A DNA stretch of 45,460 bases from Lachnospiraceae bacterium (GTDB lineage Bacteria; Bacillota; Clostridia; Lachnospirales; Lachnospiraceae): NCBI GenBank assembly GCA_029225485.1, contig JAQXWO010000243.1, positions 1-45,460 on the forward strand, given 5' to 3'. Below, one piece after another: positions 29,300 through 37,996 of this stretch (position 1 is the first letter of the stretch; each line of letters begins with the position of its first letter). The notes below the pieces were generated by a model. The model worked only from the letters and a program-made list of their open reading frames with translations. It was not told the origin of the DNA and did no database searches. A program made the translations under genes and the position numbers.

Positions 29300-30232
29300 T
29301 CAGCTCCGGAAGGTATAGTACTCATGGCCTCCATATTCAAAAAGGCGTACCAGAGAGGAATCAAACCACTGTACATTCTCCTGAGCGGAAGAATGCCGTG
29401 CGAAGAAAAACAGAGCTCCCCGGGAATAATCCTCGCCTGCCAGAACACGGTCCACCGCCTCGATGGTAGAATCCGTGACAGAACAGGAATAGATCCGCCC
29501 GTCCTGGGTCGGCTGAAACTGTGCCGTACCCCCTACTCTCTGCCATACCACATCATAGATCGTATCCGGGAAACGTGAGTCATGCATCCGGTTCAGTACG
29601 ACACCTGCCACCATCATTTTGCTCATTACATCTCCGCCGGTAGCTTCTGCCTCCACGATCTGCAGCAGTGTCTGATATTCATTCTGAGGCATCTGGCTCT
29701 GCTGTACTGCCTGCAGTGCATAATACCCGAGTTCGGAAGCCTTGCGGGTACCGGCTTTTACCATATTCTGATGAAGGGCCAGCTTATTGACTGCCCTGGC
29801 CCCTGCCAGGATCTCATCCGATCCTCCGGCAACACCGCTGAGACGAACCGCATCCGAATACTCCTGCATATCCGCGACTCCGTTTACCACCCCCATCAGA
29901 CCTGCCTGAAAATCGCTCTGGTATCCGGATCTGCCATTGCCGGCATCCACAGCATAGACCCTGCTCCTGCTGCCGGTCTCAAAAGCCGAAATCAGAAGCA
30001 GCACAAATCCAATCAGAAAAACCCCAAACAGGATCAGTATCATATTTTGAATATAATATCTGCAGGCCTGCCGCCTGACATGCTGACTCCTGCAGATCTT
30101 CTCCCTGTCAGACCTCTGTCTCTCTGCACGCTGTCTCTTCCCCCGATGCTGCCTGTGAGCACGCTCCACAGCAGCCATATCCCTGCAGTATACGATACCA
30201 GGTCCTGTCTTTGCCATACACCCTCTGTCCAT
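29300..30232 (-). CDS. Cell wall hydrolase, SleB/Hydrolase_2 family, membrane anchored
   Basis: IVEAEATG...VAGVVLNR...FPDTIYDVVWQ...QFQP...GALFF...GGHEY, with one N-terminal TM segment. Confidence 0.9.
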   Translation of the reverse strand: MDRGCMAKTGPGIVYCRDMAAVERAHRQHRGKRQRAERQRSDREKICRSQHVRRQACRYYIQNMILILFGVFLIGFVLLLISAFETGSRSRVYAVDAGNGRSGYQSDFQAGLMGVVNGVADMQEYSDAVRLSGVAGGSDEILAGARAVNKLALHQNMVKAGTRKASELGYYALQAVQQSQMPQNEYQTLLQIVEAEATGGDVMSKMMVAGVVLNRMHDSRFPDTIYDVVWQRVGGTAQFQPTQDGRIYSCSVTDSTIEAVDRVLAGEDYSRGALFFFARHSSAQENVQWFDSSLVRLFEYGGHEYYTFRS

Positions 30233-30335
30233 ACGCTTTACCTCTGCATTAAAAAAGTATAGTAACTCAAGTCCCCCTCGATTCTCTCCGCAAAATGTCT
30301 CTTATGATTCGTTGACATTTTTATAACGTGTCTGT

Positions 30336-30365
30336 ATTATACAAAACATCTTATATGGCTGTCAA
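30336..30365 (-). promoter_or_regulatory. SigA promoter for the cell wall hydrolase
   Basis: TTGACA (30360-30365), 18 nt spacer, TATAAT (30336-30341). Confidence 0.65.
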
Positions 30366-30694
30366 TATATTTTTCATATTTTTGTAATATTTTATTTCGT
30401 CGTATTTTCCACCGTTAATATTTTCATTATTCTTTTATAATATTTATATGACTGTAAGATTCATTTTTATGAATATTTTTTCTTTAGAAAATTCATTCTC
30501 ATCAGTTTTTACAAGGTTTTCTCGTTTTTATCAATGTAAAAACAGAATCGTCATATCTTGTCATTTTTCGCTGTCGTATTATGTCTTGTTTGTTTTTATT
30601 TTAATATTTTTGTAATATTTTTCTTAATTTTTGTCGAATCATGGATTTCAATGTAAAAAATAGAAAAGCGTTTTATGATATGCGTAACAGAATC

Positions 30695-30725
30695 AAAAAA
30701 AAATGCGCCGCAAGTATGCGGCGCA
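30695..30725 (-). terminator. leuA terminator
   Basis: TGCGCCGCA/TGCGGCGCA stem plus a 9-nt U tract on the minus strand. Confidence 0.8.
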
Positions 30726-30747
30726 CCTGACAGAACAGTCTGTCTTT

Positions 30748-32424
30748 TTATTCATTTGTATCAGAATGGTCAGCCATATGGTTAATGGCAGTCAATAATG
30801 CATCAATAGAGGCTTTGATGATATCCACATCCAGACCTGCTCCCCAGTGAAGCTTTCCGGCCTTGTCACGGATACCCACGTAAGCGATCGCCCTGGAACT
30901 GGAGCTCTGTTCCAGCGCATGCTCCTCGTATGTCACCAGATCGTATTCCAGACGGAAGTGACGCTTCATGGCATTGCTTACTGCATTCAGACGTCCGTTG
31001 CCGGATGCGACGATCACATTCTTTTTATCGCCATATACAGCAGTTACTTCTGCAATAATTCCGTTATGCTGCTTGAAATGAACTTCTTCGATGCTGTACG
31101 GTGTATTGATATTCTCAAATTTGTCCTTGAAGAGCTGGAAAATCTCTTCCGGCATCAGCTCTTTATGCAGATTGTCTGATACTCCCTTCGCAACATATCC
31201 CATGGCCTCTCTCATCTTCTTCGGAAGCTTCAGTCCATAATGCTGCTCCAGAATATAGCCGACTCCGCCCTTTCCGGACTGGCTATTGATACGGATCACA
31301 TCTGCATCATAAGATCTGCCCAGATCCGTAGGATCGATCGGCAGATACGGAACGGTCCACAGTTCACTGTTCTGCTCTTCACGATATTTCATACCCTTGG
31401 CGATCGCATCCTGATGAGATCCTGAAAATGCAGCAAATACAAGGGCTCCGCTGTACGGACTTCTCTCATCCACTTTCATACCGGTGAACTTCTCATATGA
31501 CTCAGAAACGTAGGGCATATCTTCAAAATTCAGCTTCGGATCCACACCCTGGGCGTACATATTGAGAGCCAGAGTCACAATATCCACATTTCCCGTACGC
31601 TCCCCGTTTCCGAAAAGAGTACCCTCAATACGGTCTGCGCCTGCCAGCAGGCCCATCTCAGCATCTGAAATACCGCAGCCCCTGTCATTGTGCGGATGCA
31701 GGGAAATGATCACGTTTTCTCTGTATTTCAGATTGTCGTTCATATATTCGATCTGGCTGGCATAAACGTGAGGCATGGACAGCTGGACTGTACTCGGAAG
31801 ATTGATGATCGCCTTGTTGTCTGCTGTGGGCTGCCATACATCCAGCACCGCGTTGCACACTTCAAGCGCATACTCAACCTCAGTTCCGGTAAAGCTCTCC
31901 GGGCTGTACTCAAACTGATAATTTCCACCGTTCTCGGCAGCCAGCTCCTTCAGAAGCTTTGCGCCGTCCACTGCGATCTGAAGGATCTCCTCTTTTGATT
32001 TCCGGAATACCTGCTCCCGCTGTGCCAGAGAAGTAGAATTATACACATGAACGATCGCTCTCTTAGCTCCCTTCAGAGCGTCAAAGGTCTTGCGGATAAT
32101 ATGCTCTCTCGCCTGAGTCAGCACCTGAATCGTCACATCGTCCGGAATCAGATCCTGTTCGATCAGTGTTCTCAGGAACTGATACTCAGTATCGGAAGCA
32201 GCCGGAAATCCCACTTCGATCTCTTTAAATCCGATTTCTACCAGCAGCTTGAAAAATGCAATCTTCTGCTCAAGGGACATGGGAACGACCAGCGCCTGAT
32301 TGCCGTCCCGCAGATCTACGCTGCACCAGATCGGCGCCTTTTCCACATGGTCTTTCTCCGCCCATTTCATACAGCTTACCGGCGGCATAAAATACTGTCT
32401 CGTATACTTCCTGTAGTTCATCAT
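30748..32424 (-). CDS. leuA: 2-isopropylmalate synthase
   Basis: WCSVDLRDGNQAL, EIEVGFPAAS, FEYSPESF, SLHPHNDRG, GNGERTGN, AFSGSHQDAI, INSQSGKGG; Leu T-box upstream. Confidence 0.97.
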   Translation of the reverse strand: MMNYRKYTRQYFMPPVSCMKWAEKDHVEKAPIWCSVDLRDGNQALVVPMSLEQKIAFFKLLVEIGFKEIEVGFPAASDTEYQFLRTLIEQDLIPDDVTIQVLTQAREHIIRKTFDALKGAKRAIVHVYNSTSLAQREQVFRKSKEEILQIAVDGAKLLKELAAENGGNYQFEYSPESFTGTEVEYALEVCNAVLDVWQPTADNKAIINLPSTVQLSMPHVYASQIEYMNDNLKYRENVIISLHPHNDRGCGISDAEMGLLAGADRIEGTLFGNGERTGNVDIVTLALNMYAQGVDPKLNFEDMPYVSESYEKFTGMKVDERSPYSGALVFAAFSGSHQDAIAKGMKYREEQNSELWTVPYLPIDPTDLGRSYDADVIRINSQSGKGGVGYILEQHYGLKLPKKMREAMGYVAKGVSDNLHKELMPEEIFQLFKDKFENINTPYSIEEVHFKQHNGIIAEVTAVYGDKKNVIVASGNGRLNAVSNAMKRHFRLEYDLVTYEEHALEQSSSSRAIAYVGIRDKAGKLHWGAGLDVDIIKASIDALLTAINHMADHSDTNE

Positions 32425-32449
32425 TTTGACATTTCTCCTTTTGCTTAAC

Positions 32450-32826
32450 ATAAAAAATCCGCCTCACAGGCCAGATGACCCAAGAGACGGAAGATAACAT
32501 AATCTTTCGCGGTACCACTCTTCTTTATGATTGCTCATACACTCTGAAGATACGGATGATGAAGATGCATCATATCTGTCAATGCAGCATACTTACCGCA
32601 AACAGACATCTGCCATACATCGTATATCTCTCCCGAATAACGACCGGGGCACCGTCTGCGCCTACTCTCCACATGCTTCTCTTTGTCTTCTGACAGGTAT
32701 CTATCCTGAAGTATGGATTTCAGACAGCCGCTCCGGGGCGAGTTCCTGATATCTTATCTGATGCCTCACACCAGCCGGCATCTCTCTGTAAAATAAAAAT
32801 AAAAGTACTATTCCCCATCGACGCAT
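32450..32826 (-). ncRNA. T-box riboswitch, leucine specifier (CUC)
   Basis: Stem I with AGAGA and GCTGGTGTGA motifs and specifier GAA-CTC-GCCCC; T-box AAGAGTGGTACCGCG (32508-32522); terminator CCGTCTC...GAGGCGG-ATTTTTT; upstream TTGACA. Confidence 0.92.
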
Positions 32827-32863
32827 TTATAAAATTTCATTTTTATGTACTTTATCATCAAAA

Positions 32864-34273
32864 TCAGGATTTGTCAACCCATTTTCTTCCTCGCACCACG
32901 GCATTTTGCTTGTTACCGGAACGAAATAAACAGGAACGGCTATCCTGTCGGATTTCCCTGTAAATGCTTCTGCCAAACAGGATCGCAGCCAGAACAGCCG
33001 TCAGGGTATCTGAGGCAGCCTGGGCCCAGATCACACCTGTATATCCTGACAGATGTGACAGTGTCAGGAGCATGACCGCGTACACCGCTCCCTGTCTGGA
33101 TATGGACAGAAGAAATGCAGACCAGGCTTTGCCTGCCGACTGAAACGTGGCGGTACTTACCAGTACAATTGCCACAAATACCATTCCCGCCAGCTGGGCC
33201 CGCAGCATGGATAACCCCATGGATGCGATCACTTCCTCCGACATGAAAAACCGGATGATCCAGGGCGCCGCAGCCGACAGTATCCCCGCCAGAGCCAGTC
33301 CTGCCGCACACTCAAATCCGTAGCAGAACCGGAAGATCTCTTTCAATCTGTGACGATTTTTTGCCCCGTAATTGTAGCCGATCAGGGGCTGTCCGCCAAA
33401 GGCAAAGCCCACCAGGATCAGGACTGCTATCATATTTACCTTCATCACGATGCCCATCGCCGCCACTGCGTCATTCCCATAGGGAAGAAGAAAACGGTTA
33501 GTCATGGCAATCCCGAGACTCTGCATCAGATTCGTGACAGACGCCGGGATACCAATCGACAAAATACCTCCCAATTCTGACATCTTAATCGAAAGGCCTC
33601 TGAAATCAACAGACAAACGCCTGCTTTTTTTCAGAAGTACCCATATAAAGTAACAATCCGTGCAGATATTTCCGATTACCGTCGCAATAGCGGCACCGGC
33701 TGCTCCCAGACCGAGAACAGAGATAAAGACCGGATCCAGAATCATATTCACCACTGCACCAAGGATCGAACCGATCATGGACTCATTGGCAAGCCCCTCC
33801 GTGCGCAGCAGATTGGAGGGTGTCAGAGACAGAATGATCACCGGGGCGCCAATGGCTATATAGGTATAATACTGAGATGCATAATGGAATGTATCCTGAT
33901 CCGCTCCCAGAAGCCTGAGTGCAGGCTGACGGAAAATCATCAGCAATGCAGAAATAAAGATACCGCAGACAATCGCTCCGTAAAAGCAGAACACACTGAG
34001 CCTTTTTCCATCCTCCGTCTTTTTCTCTCCAAACAGTCTGGAAATCACAGAACTGCCTCCCAGACCAAAAATATCTCCCAGCGCGATCATCAGAGTGAAG
34101 ACCGGTGCTCCGATCGATACTCCCGCAACCAGAGCCGTATTCCCTGTCCGGGCAATAAAGTAGGTATCCACCATATTGTATACAAGAGATACTACCATTC
34201 CGAAAACCACCGGCAGTGCAAGCTTAAAATATGCTTTGGGCACCGGCATCTTTTCAAAAATCTCATTTTCCAT
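32864..34273 (-). CDS. MATE family efflux transporter
   Basis: KLALPVVFGMVVSLVYNMVDTYFI, NMILDPVFI...GAAGAAIATVI, QPLIGYNYGAKN. ATG 34273 with AAGGAG RBS. Confidence 0.93.
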   Translation of the reverse strand: MENEIFEKMPVPKAYFKLALPVVFGMVVSLVYNMVDTYFIARTGNTALVAGVSIGAPVFTLMIALGDIFGLGGSSVISRLFGEKKTEDGKRLSVFCFYGAIVCGIFISALLMIFRQPALRLLGADQDTFHYASQYYTYIAIGAPVIILSLTPSNLLRTEGLANESMIGSILGAVVNMILDPVFISVLGLGAAGAAIATVIGNICTDCYFIWVLLKKSRRLSVDFRGLSIKMSELGGILSIGIPASVTNLMQSLGIAMTNRFLLPYGNDAVAAMGIVMKVNMIAVLILVGFAFGGQPLIGYNYGAKNRHRLKEIFRFCYGFECAAGLALAGILSAAAPWIIRFFMSEEVIASMGLSMLRAQLAGMVFVAIVLVSTATFQSAGKAWSAFLLSISRQGAVYAVMLLTLSHLSGYTGVIWAQAASDTLTAVLAAILFGRSIYREIRQDSRSCLFRSGNKQNAVVRGRKWVDKS

Positions 34274-34357
34274 TTGATCTTCTCCTTCTTTTGCATCCTC
34301 AGGGTAAACAGTTCCTTTCACAGGCTCCGGCTTTTTCTCCGGACCATCTGTCCCCGC

Positions 34358-34386
34358 AAAAATAAAAACCCGAACCATCATTCGGG
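34358..34386 (-). terminator. 6S RNA terminator
   Basis: CCCGAA-TGATGG-TTCGGG followed by TTTTTATTTTT. Confidence 0.8.
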
Positions 34387-34403
34387 CAGATACTGATAAA
34401 CAA

Positions 34404-34583
34404 ATACTCCCAAAGTGCCGTTTCCCCTATTTTGATTCCTAGCAGAGCTAGGTGGGTATCCGCAGCCACAGCTTCTGCCATCCACTGCAAACGGAGGCCC
34501 GGCATCATCTGCGCGATATTAGGATTCCCATAAACGGTAATGTAGGTTCAAAATTAAGGGAGTGTCGCACACCCCAGGAGTAA
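34404..34583 (-). ncRNA. ssrS: 6S RNA
   Basis: About 180 nt with pairing ends (TACTCC.../...GGAGTA) and Firmicute 6S motifs TTTGAACC, TGGGA, ACCCACCT, TCAAAA and ACGGCAC-TTTGGGA. Promoter TTGCGA-17-TATAAT (34593-34621) upstream, terminator downstream. Confidence 0.85.
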
Positions 34584-34637
34584 GTAATTGTTATTATACT
34601 CTAGTATACGCAAAATCGCAATGTTAATTTCTCATTT

Positions 34638-35750
34638 TTAAAAAATTTTCCGGTACTCATCCACAATACGCTTCATAGCGTCCTGCTTCTCTTCCATATC
34701 TTTCAGAAGCTTCAGCTGCGTTCTGCAGCGATCCAGATTATGAGTCTCATATTTTATCTTAAAATAATGATCCCCCTCCAGATAATCTGTCAGAAACCGC
34801 ATGCCGTTCTCAAAGGTCATCATCATGGCTCCGGTGGGCAGATGCTCCAGTTCAATGTCTGTCAGGGCGCCGCCGCATCCTTCAATAAACCCTTTCGCAT
34901 AGATCCGGTAGAGCTCCAGATCACAGGAAATTTTAGACAGATCCTTTTCATCCTCTGCCCCGGTACTTGCCCCGAAGCGAATAGAATCTCCAAAATCATT
35001 GACAGCCAGCCCCGGCATGACTGTGTCCAGATCGATCACACAGATAGCTTTGCCGGTCTCATTGTCGATCAGAATGTTGTTCAGCTTTGTATCATTATGA
35101 GTCACGCGCACAGGCATGCTTCCTTCTGCTTCCAGATCACACAATACATGTGCAAACTTTTCTCTCTCCATGATAAACCGGATCTCAGGACTGACCGCGG
35201 ATGCTCTGCCAAAATCATCTTTCTCTACGGCCCTTCTGAAATTCTCAAAGCGTTTCACTGTATCATGAAAATCAGGAATCGTCTCATGCAGCGTTCTGGC
35301 CGGATAATCTGACAAAAGGCGCTGAAAATGTCCAAAGGCAACCGCACTCTGATAAAAATCCTCCGGACATTTCACCTGGTCATAGCTGGTGGTTCCTTCT
35401 ATAAAAAGATATACTCGCCAGTACTCCCCTTCTTCATCCACATGAAAAAATTTCCCGTCCAGACAGGGCACCATCGTCATGGTCTCCCGTTCTGCATCGC
35501 CTCCTGCAGCCAGAATCTTCTCCCTCAGCCATCCGGTCACTCCCGCCACATTCTCTACCAGCTCTTCCGGATTTTGAAACACCGCTTTATTCATTCGCTG
35601 CAGGATATAGCGCCGCACTCCCTGCTCTGTCTCACAGCTGATACGATAGGTATCATTGATATGACCACTTCCATAGGGAATCATCTCTGTCCTTTTCCCG
35701 GACAATTGAAAGCTGTCCAGCACTTTTCTCAGTTTCTCATCTCTGTTCAC
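34638..35750 (-). CDS. APH-family phosphotransferase, N-acetylhexosamine 1-kinase-like
   Basis: GSGHINDTY, YILQRMN, HETIPDFH, RVTHNDTKLNN, VIDLDTVMPG, DFGDSIR, RFLTDYLEGD.YFK. Confidence 0.85.
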   Translation of the reverse strand: MNRDEKLRKVLDSFQLSGKRTEMIPYGSGHINDTYRISCETEQGVRRYILQRMNKAVFQNPEELVENVAGVTGWLREKILAAGGDAERETMTMVPCLDGKFFHVDEEGEYWRVYLFIEGTTSYDQVKCPEDFYQSAVAFGHFQRLLSDYPARTLHETIPDFHDTVKRFENFRRAVEKDDFGRASAVSPEIRFIMEREKFAHVLCDLEAEGSMPVRVTHNDTKLNNILIDNETGKAICVIDLDTVMPGLAVNDFGDSIRFGASTGAEDEKDLSKISCDLELYRIYAKGFIEGCGGALTDIELEHLPTGAMMMTFENGMRFLTDYLEGDHYFKIKYETHNLDRCRTQLKLLKDMEEKQDAMKRIVDEYRKIF

Positions 35751-35938
35751 TTCTGTTTCCTCCCGCTGCTTTTATCCGACCGATCCGTATTCTGATGGCA
35801 GATTCCCGCAGAAGCACACCCGGCGCAGCTGCCCCCGCAGCCGCAGGAATTCTTTCCTGATCTTTTGTCCCGGTACATCTTCCTCAGAACCAGAATAATC
35901 ACTATGACAAGAAGAATACTGATTATAAACGTCGCCAT
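35747..35938 (-). CDS. FeoB-associated-type Cys-rich small membrane protein
   Basis: N-terminal TM helix, basic patch, SCGCGGSCAGC...C motif. ATG 35938; overlaps the kinase start (GTGA). Confidence 0.75.
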   Translation of the reverse strand: MATFIISILLVIVIILVLRKMYRDKRSGKNSCGCGGSCAGCASAGICHQNTDRSDKSSGRKQK

Positions 35939-35953
35939 CCCGGTATCCCCTTT

Positions 35954-36019
35954 GTTACTGTTCAAACCCAGGATTTTCCTGCGCAAACCCTTGCGAGACA
36001 GTGGAATCTGAACAGTAAC
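35954..36019. repeat. Dispersed GTTAC-bounded repeat, short copy 3
   Basis: Perfect 11-bp terminal IR GTTACTGTTCA/TGAACAGTAAC; 45/55 identity (manual count) to 3011-3065. Confidence 0.85.
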
Positions 36020-36279
36020 TTCCCTTTCTCTGTTGTAATATCTGTCGTAAGCCTTGATATAAAGTATAGCTGATTTTCTTTCAAAATACAACGGAAAATT
36101 AACTGATATGCGCATCGGCGAAATGCAAAGGTTACCGTTCATTTATGTCAAAATACCATACTTTTCGCTCAAAAATGCGGTGGATTTTTTCTATTTCAGG
36201 CATTAAACTGTAAGAAAAAGATTCAGCAGATTATTTCAGAAGTCAAATAAAATTTCATACATGAAGGAGGATCATTTTC

Positions 36280-37941
36280 ATGAACAAAACATGGTGGAAG
36301 GAAGCGGTGATCTATCAGATCTACCCGAGAAGCTTTATGGACAGCAACGGAGACGGGATCGGAGATCTGAAGGGTATCACTTCAAAACTGGATTATCTCA
36401 AAACACTGGGAGTCGATGTCCTGTGGCTCTCACCGGTCTACAAGTCACCGAACGATGACAATGGTTATGACATCAGCAATTATCAGGATATCATGGATGA
36501 ATTCGGCACTCTGGAGGATTTCGATGAAATGCTCCGGGAGGCTCACGCAAGGGGACTGAAGATCGTGATGGATCTGGTGGTGAACCATACCTCTGATGAG
36601 CACGCATGGTTCATGGAAAGCCGCAGCTCAAAGGATAATCCTTACCGGGATTACTACATCTGGAGAGAGGGAAAAGAGGACGGCAGCGCCCCCAACAACT
36701 GGGGAGCCTGCTTCGGCGGTTCCGCCTGGGAATACGACAATGCTACCGACATGTATTACCTCCATCTCTTCTCCAAAAAGCAGCCGGATCTCAACTGGGA
36801 CAATGAAAAAGTAAGAAATGCCGTATTTGATATGATGAACTGGTGGTGTCAGAAGGGCATCGACGGCTTCCGGATGGATGTCATCAGCATGATCTCCAAG
36901 GTGCCGGGACTTCCCGACGGCCCTGCAACTGATTCCGGATACGGAGATTTTGGTCCCTATTCCGTTCATGGTCCCCATGTCCATGAATATCTGAAGGAAA
37001 TGAATGAGAAAGTGCTCTCAAAATACGATATCATGACCGTTGGAGAGACTGCCGGAGTCACGATAGAGCAGGCTGTAAAATATGCCGGCGAGGACTCCCA
37101 CGAACTGAACATGGTATTCCAGTTCGAGCATGTGGAAGCGGACGGCAAATATGGCAAATGGACCGATGAAAAGGTACCGCTTCCGCTGTTGAAGGAGACT
37201 CTGTCCAAATGGCAGACCTCTCTGTACGGCAAAGCATGGAACAGCCTCTTCTGGGACAATCACGACCAGCCCCGTGCGGTCTCCCGCTTTGGTGATGACC
37301 GGCCGGAGTACCGGGCTGTCTCTGCCAAGATGCTGGCTACCTGTCTTCACATGATGCAGGGCACTCCTTATATTTACCAGGGTGAAGAGCTGGGTATGAC
37401 CAACTATCCTTTCACCTCCATGGATGAGTTCCGTGATATCGAGAGCATTCACGCATACCGGGACTGGGTAGAAAGCGGTAAGCTGACAAAAGAAGTATTC
37501 TGGCCCTGCCTGTGCAATAAGAGCCGCGACAATGCCCGTACCCCGATGCAGTGGGACGACAGCGCAAACGGCGGCTTCACCACCGGCACTCCCTGGATCC
37601 AGGTGAATCCGAATTACACAAAGATCAATGCAGCAGCAGAGGTCAACGATCCGGATTCTGTATTTTCCTACTACCGTACTCTGCTCTCACTGCGCAAACA
37701 GCATGAGATCATTGTCTATGGTTCCTATGAACTGCTGCTTCCGGAAGATCCTTCCATCTTCGCATACACAAGGACTCTGGGCAATGAAAAGCTTCTGACT
37801 GTCTGCAATTTCACTGATCAGACTCCTGACTTTGAGATTCCGGAGGAATTCGCAGATGCCGCATGCCTGATCTCCAATTACAAAGAGGCTGCACAGAAGC
37901 TCCGTCCCTATGAAGCTTATGTACTGAAAACAACGCTGTAA
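36280..37941 (+). CDS. Oligo-1,6-glucosidase / alpha-glucosidase, GH13
   Basis: WWKEAVIYQIYPRSF, DLVVNHTSDEH, QPDLNW, GFRMDVI, TVGE, NHDQPR, SRDNARTPMQW. Confidence 0.95.
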   Translation: MNKTWWKEAVIYQIYPRSFMDSNGDGIGDLKGITSKLDYLKTLGVDVLWLSPVYKSPNDDNGYDISNYQDIMDEFGTLEDFDEMLREAHARGLKIVMDLVVNHTSDEHAWFMESRSSKDNPYRDYYIWREGKEDGSAPNNWGACFGGSAWEYDNATDMYYLHLFSKKQPDLNWDNEKVRNAVFDMMNWWCQKGIDGFRMDVISMISKVPGLPDGPATDSGYGDFGPYSVHGPHVHEYLKEMNEKVLSKYDIMTVGETAGVTIEQAVKYAGEDSHELNMVFQFEHVEADGKYGKWTDEKVPLPLLKETLSKWQTSLYGKAWNSLFWDNHDQPRAVSRFGDDRPEYRAVSAKMLATCLHMMQGTPYIYQGEELGMTNYPFTSMDEFRDIESIHAYRDWVESGKLTKEVFWPCLCNKSRDNARTPMQWDDSANGGFTTGTPWIQVNPNYTKINAAAEVNDPDSVFSYYRTLLSLRKQHEIIVYGSYELLLPEDPSIFAYTRTLGNEKLLTVCNFTDQTPDFEIPEEFADAACLISNYKEAAQKLRPYEAYVLKTTL

Positions 37942-37955
37942 TTGTCAGGGAACAA

Positions 37956-37995
37956 AATACCGCACGGCTTCCATGAACAGAAACCGTGCGGTATT
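37956..37995. terminator. Bidirectional terminator
   Basis: AATACCGCACGG / CCGTGCGGTATT stem between convergent genes. Confidence 0.75.
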
Positions 37996-37996
37996 C

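Noticed and set aside
34380-34590. Possible cobalamin riboswitch upstream of the MATE gene
   Set aside because: No B12-box. The motifs, paired ends and own promoter/terminator fit 6S RNA better.
36122-36140. TGCAAAGGTTACCG as a LacI/CcpA operator for the glucosidase
   Set aside because: Plausible by position, but it has several mismatches to the cre/LacI palindromes and cannot be supported from sequence alone.
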